A DNA stretch of 64,000 nucleotides from Gracilinanus agilis (GCF_016433145.1 NC_058133.1:478672689-478736688), one strand, 5' to 3'; counted from the stretch's first letter, positions 24,230 to 36,660 are shown. The notes: generated by a model not told the origin, from the letters alone. Numbers and translations: made by a program.

Positions 24230-24810
24230 GTTGTGGGGCAGGGATTGAGGTGAACCATTGGGGTTTGAGATGGGTACCCTTTGCAAGAATGCAAGACTCC
24301 ATAACTTAGCTTAGAAATAAAAAGAGAAATTTATTCATTGAAAGGTCATGTTGAATTTGACTGGGAGGATAGCATAGATGGGATGCTACCTCCTAGAGGG
24401 GATATGTTCTGGGTCTTTTATACTCTTACAAAAACAGGGATAATAATGTGACTGAAAATGGAATGAGGTAGGGCAGGAGTGGGGGGATTTTTGTTATCTG
24501 ACAGGGGGTGAGCCTCATAGTCTAGGGGGTAAGTAGATGTCTTAGATACAACCAGATGGAATCAAAGCATAATCTGGAGGTATATCTCTGTATCCATCTT
24601 GGAATCTAGGGGAGAATTCAAGGAGAATCTTTCTCTCAGGGGTCTTTCCTTATCATAAGTCTTTGATGTCCAGGTAAACCCTTTCCTCAACAGTAACAAG
24701 AACACAAGGAAGGAAAGGAATTTTCCTGCTTCCAGTCTGACCTGAAGCACTTTTATAATTTGGGGAGGACAAAGAGAAACCCAGAGGCCCATGCCAATGT
24801 CAGGCATGCA
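24230..24810 (-). mobile_element. Probable solo ERV LTR
   Basis: Minus-strand TATAAAAG 24415-24422, hairpin ~24363-24392, AATAAA 24330-24335. Interrupts a sequence that is contiguous in paralogous units. TSD not resolved. Confidence 0.5.
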
Positions 24811-24814
24811 TGGC

Positions 24815-25015
24815 CCTATTTGGTGTTTTCTTGGCAGAGATACTAGAGTATTGCCATTTTCTTCTCCAGCTCATTTTACAGACTAGAAAATTCAGGTAAA
24901 CAGGGTTAAATAATTTGCCTAGGGTCACATAGCTAGTAAGTATCTGAGATCAGATTTGAACTCAAGTCTTTCTGACTTCAGATATGGTGCTCTATCTACT
25001 ATACCATCTAGCCAC
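24815..25015 (-). mobile_element. MAR1-like SINE
   Basis: tttggtgttttcttggcagagatactagagtattgccattttcttctccagc. Confidence 0.65.
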
Positions 25016-25600
25016 CCTCTTTGTCTATCAAAATGTTTATATTTGTTGATATTTTGATGTTCATAATAAAAAGAAAAAACGTATAATGTGTGAGATAGCA
25101 ATTTTGGAGATACTATGACAAAAATTTGGATATGACTCTCTTATGGTCAATGGCTTCCTTTGTAGAACCCAAACTTGTCTTAATATAGGTTTAGACTGTG
25201 GTTCTTCTCTGTGGCCAGGGCTTCCTCTTCCTTCCTGTGTTGAGTCATAGGGTCTTTCTCCTTCTTTCATCCTCAGTGTCCTGATATTTAAACTAATACA
25301 CATGGAATATAGAGAGATCCAAGGGAATATGGGGAACCAATGTAGACAGAAACCACACAGACTATGTCCCCCAAAAGTCAGAGAATTAATAGTGCAATGC
25401 TATAGGAAAACCACAGAAACCTCTTAATCAGACCTTCATTGGAACTGTGGGACACTGGGAAAGGAAGGGAAAGGAGACAGAAAGGAGGTCTCACTACATT
25501 CTCCTGAGTCAAGAAGGAAGAGGAAAGAGGAGAACAGATTGGGATCTAGGATTCTCCCTTTGCAGTAGGAAGCAAAGGACTTGCTTCTCCCTTAAGTTTC

Positions 25601-28046
25601 TTTTTTTTTTTAATCTTACAACAGGCCATATTTTTACTCTCATGCAGCTGGCTAAAAGGTTCAGAGAATCCTGCTATGCTTAAAGTATATATTGAATTAA
25701 TTAATTTGGAGGAAATCAACAAATTATAGAATCCATTTCTCTACCTCTTCATTTGCCACAAATGATATAAAAGCCGCATTTAGTTAAGTCTTTTGCAAGT
25801 ATTCATTATAAGCTCTGCCATAAAGATTGGCCAAGCAAGCATCCCATAAAATTTTTCTTGTTGCCATTGGACAATGAATCCAATTCATTTGCTTATAAGC
25901 CTTAGCTGTGGCTTCCTATCGTTCACTAGTTTCATTCAGAGCAACAATATGAAGAAGAACATGACTTGGGTCATCCATTTAGCATGTCAAAGTGTTCAAT
26001 GGATGATAATCTCATGTTTAAAGTACCAACAGTTGTTTGTAGATGGTGTTTCTTTGCCTCTTCTTCCCCCTTCCAAACTGAGGGATTTTAATGGGTTGTC
26101 ATAGGTAAATAATATAATAGCCTCCTCCTAGGGATGAGCCTCCATGCACTCACTTCAGTTGGTCTTCCAAAGAAAGCTTCTCTCTAGGGCTGTACCAAAG
26201 AACCTGCCACAGCTTGTTCTGCAGGAGCGGCTTTCAAAAACTTAGGGTCACTTCCACACCACTGAACTTGTGGACAGCTCATGAATTAATGTATTATAAA
26301 TGTAAGCTTTTGTAAAGCATTTAATTATTGATAAGATACTAAATCTTCACTGCTCTAGTTGTTTCTGAGTGTTCTGGCCTCCGGGTTACCCTGACAGAGC
26401 AATGAATTCATAAAATGAAAAGAATTAGGAGTAGGTGCATTGTCTTTTGTCCCATGAGGCTTCTTCTTTGTAGCAGGGATGAATCTATACATCTTAACTT
26501 TCTTAACATCCTTAGCTTATACCTCATGACATGGTCTGCAAACCAGGAAAAAAGAGAAAAAAGAAAAAAAGCTAATTGGTCACTTTTGATTTTCATCCTT
26601 TCAATTATCTTTTAAGTCAGACTTGATATAAGGAACAAAAAAAAGTATGAATTTAATTTTAACTAACCTTTTATTCTCCCTAATTATCCGTTCATTTGGA
26701 CTGGCCTTAAGACTGTCTTTTTTTCACTGGAGTCTTTAAGAGGTCAGAAAAACACTGACAAAATGAAGACAAATAACATGCTACTTCTGAGAGGATTTCA
26801 CTGTATTCAGCAGTAGTCAGTTTTACAAGCTTTTTTTTTACCATTCCAAAATGAAAAAAAGTCATATAAAAATATAAAAGAGTCTCATCTTTCTTTTCTC
26901 TAGAAATTGGGCCCAATTATCAATAAAAGTATTTAAACTTCAAATTAACCCCCAATCAAAAAATCCAATGTGTAGAACTGGGTCTTTTTAATAGCCAATG
27001 TGCAATATAATAAATAGAATTTACTTAAAAAACAGTAGACCTCATTTATAAATGTTATGCTCTGTGGTGGTTCACCATAGTAATAGACCTATTGCGATTT
27101 TCTTGATATGTTGTAGAATCTTTAATAATTAGCAAAAATGTAGAAATCCATTCAATCAGTCACTCAAACAAGCAAGAGAGCATTTATGCATCCATCATTT
27201 TCTGGATCATTGGTAACCTGTGCATATTTTTCCCTGATGACTTTGCCTCCTTGTATCACAAGGCCCAGCTCACTCATTTTCACCTCAATGGCAGTACCTT
27301 TGGTAATGAAACCCAAAGTTGTATATAGTGGGGACAAGGGATTCTTCTTCACATCATGTATGGGTAGACAAAAAGTGGCTTTAAGTTCAGGGTGAGTTAC
27401 ATGAGCCTTATTAAAGCACAAACTCATTGGTCTAATAAATCTTTCATATTTTGATGGTTTTCAAGGAAAACCATCCCCAACAAAGCAGACTTTAGTAGCC
27501 ATTCTCTTCCAAGTCTTCTTCTTCCTCCTTCCTGTACAAATAACCTTTAACACTTCTGCTTCTCCCTGGGCATGAACCTTTGGCAAAGGCACTTCCCATT
27601 TACCAGCTTTCTCTTTTCATTTTTATTTAGTCATGTTGGAAAGGACTTTGGCTCAGAACTGTCCATCTCTGTCCAGAAGATATGCAGGCACTGCTCCTTG
27701 GGGAGTTTTTCATCGTTTTTTCGCTTGGTATTTCTCTTTTCATGCATCTTGATGCTTTTTTTTCATTTGCATCTTCTCAGCATGACATTGTTTGGGGAAA
27801 GTTTGGCCTTTAGACTTATCATTTTCGTTGCTTTCTTTGACATTTGTGAGCTTCATGGCTTCCTTTCTTTCTCTTTTTCTCATGGTAATCCAAGTGGTAG
27901 CCATTCTGCTTTCGGTGTAATTCTATATATTTGTTCTGTGGCATGACAACGGCTCTGTGCCAGTCAAGAGGCCGCTGAAATTGCTCCCAAAATTAAGACC
28001 CTCCAATGAGAGCAAATGAATCCCCACGAGCCGGAAAAGAAAAGGG
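25601..28046 (-). pseudogene. NSA2: NSA2 processed pseudogene: 5'UTR, intronless disabled CDS 27164-27944, ~1.55 kb 3'UTR, poly(A)
   Basis: Starts [27 protein letters not shown] and ends [16 protein letters not shown]...[21 protein letters not shown]. No introns, several frameshifts. Poly(A) as T-run 25601-25611. 14-bp TSD ctcccttaagtttc at 25587-25600 and 28047-28060. Confidence 0.96.
25780..26290 (-). mobile_element. RTE-clade LINE 5' fragment (APE endonuclease N-terminus) inside the NSA2 retrocopy 3'UTR
   Basis: Degenerate TVGTLNMR and IVALNETSER.EATAK motifs on the minus strand. Confidence 0.55.
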
Positions 28047-30139
28047 CTCCCTTAAGTTTCAATCATAAATGTCCATGGCAATTCTGCTCAGATCCTATGA
28101 ATTTCCTGCCCTTTTCCCTTCTAGCAGAGATAGTGTGTTGTAGTGAACTTATAATCAAGGAGGCTGAGATTTAAATTCTGCCTTTGAGACTTAACAACAA
28201 ACAGTGTTCCTGAGGAGGTCATTCACTCATTCTTATCCTTTAAGCACTGTTAATTTCCTTCCGTAATCCCTTAAATTCTCCGAGTTTTACTGAACTTTTT
28301 CATTTAAAATTCATTTTTCATTTAAAAATCTTAGTTCCAAGGGATAAAGACAAGAGCCATTCAGAAACGAAGGGAATGAACTATCCTTCAACAACAATAG
28401 AATTAAACTGCAAAGGGAGATTGAGAAAAGTGCAGGCACATACATGTTCTGGACTTCTCTTTGTATGTCTGGGGCCATTTTGAGAGCCTCTCAACTCTTA
28501 GGGATATGAAAGCATTCACCCTCATTCACTGTCGTACCTTTCCAGTCTGGTAAAGCAGACAGCATGGTAGTATGGAAATCATGGACTAGTTTTTGAATCA
28601 TACCTTGGACACTTCCTAACTGTATGGCCATAACTGATCTCTCAGAGTCTGTTTCCTTATCCATCAAATGGGGATAATAATACTCCCTCTCCCTGCTTCA
28701 CATAGGTAGTTGAGAGAAAAGTGCTTTGAAGACTTGTAAAACCCTTCAAAAACATTTTAGGAACAGGATTTCCGGACCACAGGATCAAGAATTTGGAGCT
28801 AGAAGGAACCTTAGAGGACATCAAGTCCACTAAGGTGACTAAGTTTCCTCACAAAGTCTTTCAAATGTCCCTTGGGATTTTATCTCCCCAACAACCCTTG
28901 GCAGCAGGCAGTACAGGGAAAATGATAATACTAGCCAGGACCACTACCCACTAATAAAAAAGGACACATATTAACTATTAATCAGCAGTCATTGCCTCAC
29001 TAAAGCCCTTGACAGTTTAAAAACATATTCTTTTGCCCTGGTATCTCATGTAAGCCTAGAAAGGTTGAATGAATTGCCCAAGATCACACATGCATGGCAG
29101 AGTCTAAATGGAAGTGCCAAGGAAGACTGGATTAGTTCAGGAATTTACACATACAGTAGTTCAGGGTCCTCACCACAATCCTGAGAGGTGGTATAACAGC
29201 AGGTAATGTCATACCCATAGGACAAATGAGGAACTTGAATCACAAAGAAATGACGGGGCTTTGACCAAAGCTTTCCTCCTAGGTTTCCTGTCTTCTGGGG
29301 CAGAAAGTGCTATCACCACATTAGAGTTGGGAAAAACTAAAGTATAGCTATTCATGATTAGTCCAAGGCCATTCAGCCAGAGCTTCAGACAGCTCAGAGG
29401 GAACTAAAGGGACAGTGGGGAATAGGAGGCAGAGGGACGTGAAGGGAGTCAACTGAGGCAAGTTGGGTATCCCAGTTGAGAATGTAGAGCAGAAGACCAA
29501 CAGGTGGAAGTGACCTCTGCATCTTGTGGGAGGAACAGCAAAGAGGCCAGTGTCTCTGGATGATAGAATGCGTGGAGGCAGCAAAGTGTTAGAAAACTGG
29601 GAAGGTAGGAAGGAGACAGGGTTTCAAAAAGAGGATTTTATATTTTATCCTAGAGGTAATAGGGAGCCACTGGAATTTACTGAGTAGGAGCATCAGGAAG
29701 GTCATGTTGACAGCTGACTGAAGGATGGAGTGGAAAGGGGAGAATGTGAGGAAAGGAGATCAGCTAAGAGGACATCATTATGTTAAGTGATAAAGGATGA
29801 AGATGAATCTTCTTACTCTGCAACTTAACTTTACAAAGATAGAAACAATGAAAACAAATGAGTTAACAATTTTGTAAAATTCTAAAACTAGAAAGTGTCT
29901 GAATTAGGACAAGAATTTGAATCTTGCCACTTGAAGTCTGTATCGGTCAGTTTACTATAGGTTTCTCCTTCACTGAAAAACATGATTTTACTATTCTGGT
30001 TAAATATACTGAATCCATCTAGATATTTTGAGTAAGTGACTTGCTCATGGTTATACCAGTAATGTCAGGATTTGAACTTGGCCACTGATGTAAAATTGAG
30101 CATTTTCTTTCCTGCCAAACCTTTTTTAAGTTAATTTTC

Positions 30140-30335
30140 TTTTTAAAACATTATCTTCCATCTTAAAATCAAGATTATATATTAGTTCCAAGGTAGAAGA
30201 GTGGTAAAGGCTAAGCAATGTGGGTTACATGACTTGCCCGGGATCACAAAGTTAGGAAGTATCTGATACCAGATTTGAACCCAGGACCTCTCATCTCTAG
30301 TCCTGGCTCTCAATCCACTGAGCCATCTAGCTTCC
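30140..30335 (-). mobile_element. SINE1_Mdo-like SINE followed by a CT microsatellite (to ~30455)
   Basis: gttccaaggtagaagagtggtaaaggctaagc...gagccatctagct. Confidence 0.75.
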
Positions 30336-30579
30336 TTTGAAATTATTCCTATTCTGATTACAACTTTCTTCTCTCTCTCTGTCTCTCTGACTCTCTGTCT
30401 CTTTCTCTCTGTCTGTCTCTCTGACTCTCTGTCTCTTCTGTCTCTGTGTCTCTCCCTCCTACACTCTTCTTCCCACCCTTCTTCCATCTTCTCTAATATT
30501 ACCTTATAACTGCTATGAAATAGCTATTTTTAGCCTATAGGCTGACAATATTACAGAATCAAAGAATATTTTACTCTTG

Positions 30580-30830
30580 GAGCAGATAAGTAGCAGAGTG
30601 GATAAAGTGCTGGGCCTGGAGTCCAGAAGACTCATCTACCTGACTTCAAATCTGTCCTCAAACACTTACTAGCCAGGCAAGTCACTTTATCCTGTTTACC
30701 ACAGTTTCCTCATTTGCCAAATGAGTTGGAAAGAAAATGCAAACCACGCCAGTATCTATGCCAAGAAATCTCCAAATGGGATCTTGAAGAGTTGGATATG
30801 ACTGAAATGACTCAATAGCAACAATATAGT
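30580..30830 (+). mobile_element. MAR1-like SINE
   Basis: ggaaagaaaatgcaaaccacgccagtatctatgccaagaaatc. Confidence 0.7.
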
Positions 30831-31844
30831 CATTTATACCTAAAGGTAACTGAAAAAAATTCCCCATTATCACATCCTTTGTTTAAAGACCTCCAAGGGA
30901 AAGGGAACTAACTACAACTTGAGACAACCCATTCCAGTTTGGGCAGGCATAATTGTTAAGAATGTTTTCCTAATGTTGAGTCTAAATTTAGATCTTCACA
31001 AATTTCACCTCTTGGATCTATCCTTGGACCCCAGAGAGCACAAATCGACACTATTTCATAGGACAAATCTTCCAGTACTTGGAGAAAAGAATCATACTTG
31101 ACCTAGGTCTTCTTTTCTCCCCACTAGCCACCCTTAGTTCCTTCACCTCATCTTCTAGTGACTCTAGATACCTAATGTTCTTGGATGCTTTCCTCTTCCA
31201 GCTTCCCAATAGTCTTCTTAAACTGTGGATAACAAAATGACTACCATACTACCATTTGGTCTTTTTAGACCTGAAGAATAGGACTGTTGCCTCTCTTTTA
31301 CTAGAAGCTTGCTTCTCAACACAGGAAAACATTTCATTTTTGGCTTACCCATTGCCCTGCTGATTCAAAGTGAGATGGCAGTCCAGCTAACCCACAGAGC
31401 TATTATAGAAACTTGGTTGTCTAATACTGCCACACCCATCTGATTTAAAAATAGAACTCCAACTCCCCCAACACCTCATCTCCAAAGAACATGGAAAACA
31501 GAGTAAAAATATATGATTTTAAAACTTTTTTTTATTTTGGAATCTTTGTCCATTAGACATTCATAGAATCCAGTAGGCAACCCAAAGGATTCTAAGGAAA
31601 AGAGAATAGGCTGGTAATGAGGGTCCCCACTAGGGACAAATGTCTTCCAGAAGTGCAAATAGTGCAATCAAATACCCAAAGCTGCTACAAAATAATTTAA
31701 ATGAACTAAATATCACAGATAAAAAGGAATTATAATGGGGAGAAGATCTCAGGAAAGCTGGAGTCACAGAGATTAAATCTGACTGCAGAATTTCTTAGCT
31801 TGGTCTGTGTTCCATGAGGATTAATTGGCAAGGTCCTGAGCCTC

Positions 31845-33216
31845 TCAGTTCAGCTCCAGTTCCTCCATATAGGTCTGAACCCAGGCATCACTGGGGTTGG
31901 CACACAACTGACGGCCTCTCTTGGTCTGGAACCTGTGAAGGATGAAGGGAGAAGATAAGAGGCCAAGGATCTTTTCAGCTGTAGGTAGAGATGTTTCTTT
32001 ATGTCCCTTTATACCCCATGTCTAGCACTGAAAACTTCTTGCATACCTCTGGAGGACCTTAATGGACAATCCTCATCTCTAACAACATCTCTCAAGTCTT
32101 ATAACTCAATTAGGTTTTCTCTAAAGACCTATCTGGTAGGAAGTTTGTCAAGAAAACTTGACTTGGTTTTAAATTCCTGTAGCTTCAGTTTTCCTCTTCC
32201 CCTTGCATGAGTAGTTTTCACCTTGCTCCACGGAGAACTAAACCTTGGCCAGGGGCCCCCTGTGTGATTTCTTTCCCTTATTATCAGGGTCTCACCTGAG
32301 TTGTCTCATTTATCTATTAGACCAAGTTGCAGAATGGTCCCATTTACTCTTTCTTCCTCTCTCCTTATATCCCCTAAAGAGATTCAGGGTACAGTAGATA
32401 GATACTCACACCACAGCTGGCTGGGAACACAGGCTGCTGGTCTCATAATAGTCTGTCACAAATTTTCTGTGGATCTGTTGGCTGACATAGGAGAAGCAGC
32501 AAGAGGTGGGAGGGTCAGAGCCCACTGTAAAGAAAGAGGAGGCATGAGATTAGGAAGGTCATTGTTCCTACCCTCCAGTCCTTAGCTGTTGCACATCCCA
32601 GGGACAAGCTCTGTGTCAGGCACACTGGAGATGTGACCCCTCATGACTCCTTTATCCTGCTTCCCTCCAGTACCAGGTGGGATTCTCAGTATGCCTGGAG
32701 AAGGATCAGGCTTGTTGTTCTCATCCCTATTGAGAATATTTGGAAGAAACCTGAAGCATAGGAGCTAGAAGAGATGTCAGAGATCTAGCCATCTAATTCC
32801 TACTTTCTGTCAAGAAGCCACTTGCTAGAAATCTCATGGGTATTTAGCAGCTGAGCCAGAATAGGAACTTAGGCAGACACAGAACTCAGGCTACTGTCCT
32901 TTCTTCTCTCATCTCCTGCTTTGATTTTAAATGAAAACAAACATATACTATCAAGGACATGGTAATGTTTTCAAGTCCAAAAGGTGTAGAAACCTTTATG
33001 TTCCTGCTCATCCCTTTCAGTTCTCTCCCTCCCCAATCACAACAGATCCCTGTGATCAGACTAGGTTATCTCCTATAAGGACTCTGTCCGACTAAGATCA
33101 AAGGCTGGGCACAGTCACAGAGGGCAGGAGAGAGCTTACTTACTTGGTACAGAAGATGCCAGAGAGCTGAAGGCCATGACCATGAGGATGGAGAGGGCAG
33201 CCACAGAGACCTTCAT
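31845..33216 (-). CDS. CCL4: CCL4-like CC chemokine, copy 4, 91 aa
   Basis: Exons 33144-33216, 32410-32524, 31845-31932. [95 protein letters not shown] 33307-33312, AATAAA 31531-31536. Confidence 0.95.
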
Positions 33217-33289
33217 GATCCTGAGAGGAGAGAGGTATCAGAGGAGCAGAGAACAAACTAAGAGACCCTGCAGATCTGTGTCTCTGTCT

Positions 33290-33560
33290 CACACCTGGAC
33301 CCTTTCTTTATAGGGGTTTCTAGGAGTACCCAGAAAGAAAGAAGGAACATTAAAGGTATGGAAATTCCAGGGTAGAGCTGATGTCATGATGACAGTAGAA
33401 AACTGTAAAGTGAACCCAGAAAACGTAAGGCTGGTTGACAAGGGCTGAGGTTCTCTTTCTCAGGGCAATTTCATCATGGGAGAAAGGCGGGGAGAGATAA
33501 AGGAGAAATGCAGAATGGCAAAGGTGCTAAGGGGGAAGTGGTAAACTTGAGTTAGAAGAG
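33290..33560 (-). promoter_or_regulatory. Copy 4 proximal promoter
   Basis: TATA 33307-33312; GGAAATTCC 33360-33368; TGATGTCA 33379-33386; ISRE altered (AAAACTGTAA); ETS altered (CAGAAAAC). Confidence 0.72.
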
Positions 33561-34204
33561 ACACATGAAACAGATGCAAAACTAAGTCAAAATGAGGATT
33601 TTGTTGATCATTGACATGGAGGAATATTCAGCCTGACCTTCAGATTGCTTTTTTTTATATATATATCTTAACTGATCTTGGGTTTGTAAATTGAGAGTTA
33701 GAAGGGTCCAAGGTAGTTTAAGTTCAATAAACTCATTTTCCAGCTCAAAAAACTGTGGCCCATAGAGAAGTGACTTGTCCAAAACTACACAGGTAGTCCA
33801 AAGCTGATCCTGAATATGGTCCCAGGTCTGCTGACTCTATGTCTCTCTTTTTTTTTTAAACCCTAACCTTCTGTCTTAAAATCAATATTATGTATACTGT
33901 ATGGGGTTAGGCAATGGAGGGTCGATCTGCCCAGGGTCACACAGCTAAGAAGTGTTTGAGGCCAGATTTAAACCTAGGACCTGTTCTGCTCCTCTAACAA
34001 CTCTCTCCTTTCAGGATCATGAAAGTTTATCCAAGTTTTAATAACCAAGAAGTGACTGGTTCAGGATTCAAGTCTCTAGACCTGGTTTTCAATCCACCTA
34101 GATGCCTTCACTACATCTTTAGACTCATGGAGAATAGTACCTATGGAAGAACCACCAATGATCCTTCAAGGGCTCTCATGGACAATTTTTTGTACAAATG
34201 GTGG

Positions 34205-35258
34205 TCATGAATAGGTGGTTGTTGTCCTTTATATTCAGAGAAATAAAATGATGTCACTATGTCAGAGTCAATGATCAGCATGTCTAACTGGCTGATGTGA
34301 TTAATATGAGCTCAGAAGGCTTTAGCACAGGTTGGGCACAAAAGGCCTGTGTGATCATTTAAGTTGGAAATGTCTCTAAATTTGCACATTTTGTGTTTCT
34401 TTTGTGTTGCTCATAAAGCACAGTACTTTCTGTAATGCGTCATGCTATGCAGGATGTCCTGTGCCAGTGTTTCTCATGTCTCTCAATCAATACTAAAAAG
34501 AGAGACCTCGAAAGTGTTCCTGTATTCCTTCTCTGACCTTGTGTGACTTTTTCATTAAATAGTCTTTTAGGCAAACATATGCTTGGCATTCCAAATTACC
34601 AGCCCATTGGAGATGTGCTCTCTGCAGTAAGGTTTGAATGCTTGATGGTTTAGCTCAGGAAAGGACCTCAGTGTCCCATATGTTATCTTGCCAGGTGGTC
34701 TTCAGAATCTTCCCAAGATAATTCAAATGGAAGTGACTCAGTTTCCTGGCATGGCAGTGGTGTATCGTCCAGGCTTCACAGGTATAGAACAATGAGGATA
34801 GTAAAATGGCTCTGTAACCCTTCAGTTTGGTAGGCAGTCTAATACGTCTTCTCTCTCACCCTTTCCTTCAGAGCCTCCAAACACTGAGCTAGCTCTAGCG
34901 ATGCATGCATGAACCTCTTCATCTCTGTGGACATCCCTAGAAAATATTCTGCCATGCTAAGTGAACTTAACCATAGCATTCAAATTTCTCCATTCGCAAT
35001 AACCAATGGTCCATGGATGGATGGTGTCATGTTGGCTGATAAGAACCTGTTTTCCTGGTGTTGATTGTCAGACAAAAAAATGAGTACAAACAGAAAAGAA
35101 TCAGTCCATCTTCTGTTGTATCTCAGTCTCCGATGCTGCACTGAGTGCATAATCATCTGCAAATACAGCTTCATGAAATGAGGAGTCCTGTCTTGGTTCA
35201 GCCCTATGTCTTCTTTCTTGTGTGATAATACTAACCACTTCCACTTGTACAACACTCT
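34205..35258 (-). mobile_element. RTE-clade LINE 3' portion (decayed RT)
   Basis: FADD at 35152-35163, CLTINTRK and DTEVLS.AKPSSIQTLLQRAHLQWAG motifs, with many stops and frameshifts. Confidence 0.85.
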
Positions 35259-35275
35259 AAGGATACAAAAGGTTT

Positions 35276-35480
35276 GGGTTTTTTAAAAAAAAAACAAAAC
35301 TTGCCTTCTGTCTTAGAATTAATAGTAAGTATTGGTTCCAAGGCAGAAAAGCAGTAAGGGCTAGGCAATGGGAGTTAAGTGATTTGCCCAGGATCACACA
35401 GCTACATCTGAAGCTAGATTTGAACCCAGGACCCCCCATCTCCAGGCCTGGCTCTCTCTCCATTGAGTCATCGAACTTTC
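35276..35480 (-). mobile_element. SINE1_Mdo-like SINE abutting the RTE
   Basis: Characteristic body. Confidence 0.75.
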
Positions 35481-36200
35481 CTAAGGATATGAAAGATTTT
35501 GACATATATTCTCTCATTTTATATTTGCATCAACCTCAAGAAGTAAATAGTTTTGTTATTTCCAGTTTATTTATGATGAAATGGAGGCTTGCAGTATAGT
35601 GGAAAGAGCCCTAGGTTTGAAGTAAAAAAGATCTGGGTTCAAGGCTCATATCTGAAAATTACTAATTCTCATAGAATCTGCAGTCAATATTCTATTCAGA
35701 TGATTTGTAATACAGTTGCCATATTATTATCATTATACCAGTTATTCTTTATTAAAACTTTTTAATTAAACTTTTTAAATTAAAAAACCAATACTATATT
35801 TTGGTTCCAAGGCAGAAGAGTTATACCAATTATTATTAAGTGGCTTATCTACATTTTAATAACCAAGTCACAGACTTCAGGATTCAACCTGAGGTCTTGA
35901 CTTCAGGCAGAGTTTTACAAATTATGGAGGGAGCAAACCCTCATGGGAGAGGAGTCAACATGAGAGCCTGTGGGGAGGAGTGTAGATATGAAACAACTAG
36001 AATTATGGGACATTTTTAAGGACCAACTATCACAAATACAACCATTCTTTTGAAGGAAAATGAATGTCAAAGAAGAGAAAACAAGATATGGAGGGAAGAT
36101 GGAGATATATATGAATACAATGTTACTATTTAAAGGGTTAGGACAGTTATATCCACTGTTTTCCCTGCAATTTGTGAGATATAATTTTCCTCTATAAATT

Positions 36201-36660
36201 TGGAATCAGCAGATGTGACCAGATCCAGGATCTGCCTCCAACTATTGGTGTAACTTGGACAAGTTACTTCTCTCTGGGTCAGTTTCTTTAGTTGTAAAAT
36301 GATGGTGTTTGATTAAATAACTAAGGGCCATTCTAGTTCAAAATCTACAGTTCTACAGTCTAGACAATTATCCTGTCAAAGCTGTTTGAGGATCATGTTG
36401 ACTATTTCTCTGAATTGATAATCAGCATAACTCTTTCCTATTTGTTTTTGTATTTGTTTCATCTACTCTATCTCTGATGCTATTTCAAGTTCACCACTTT
36501 CCCCTCTTCCCCCTTGTCACTACACATACATTTCTCCTCTCTCTATCCAGCCTCCTCTTTTCTCCACAATGAAACTGTACTAGGGAAGAAAACCTCAGCC
36601 CTCAATACCAGCCTTCCATTTCGGGGCTCATTTTTCAGTTTCCAACTCCTACCATGACAC
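36201..36660 (+). repeat. Inverted duplicate of the CCL4 upstream promoter region
   Basis: Reverse-complement similarity to 33384-33840; paralogous to 22869-23560 with the same breakpoint at ccatgac. Confidence 0.85.

Noticed and set aside
27572-27946. 124-aa plus-strand ORF
   Set aside because: Antisense to the Lys-rich NSA2 pseudogene.
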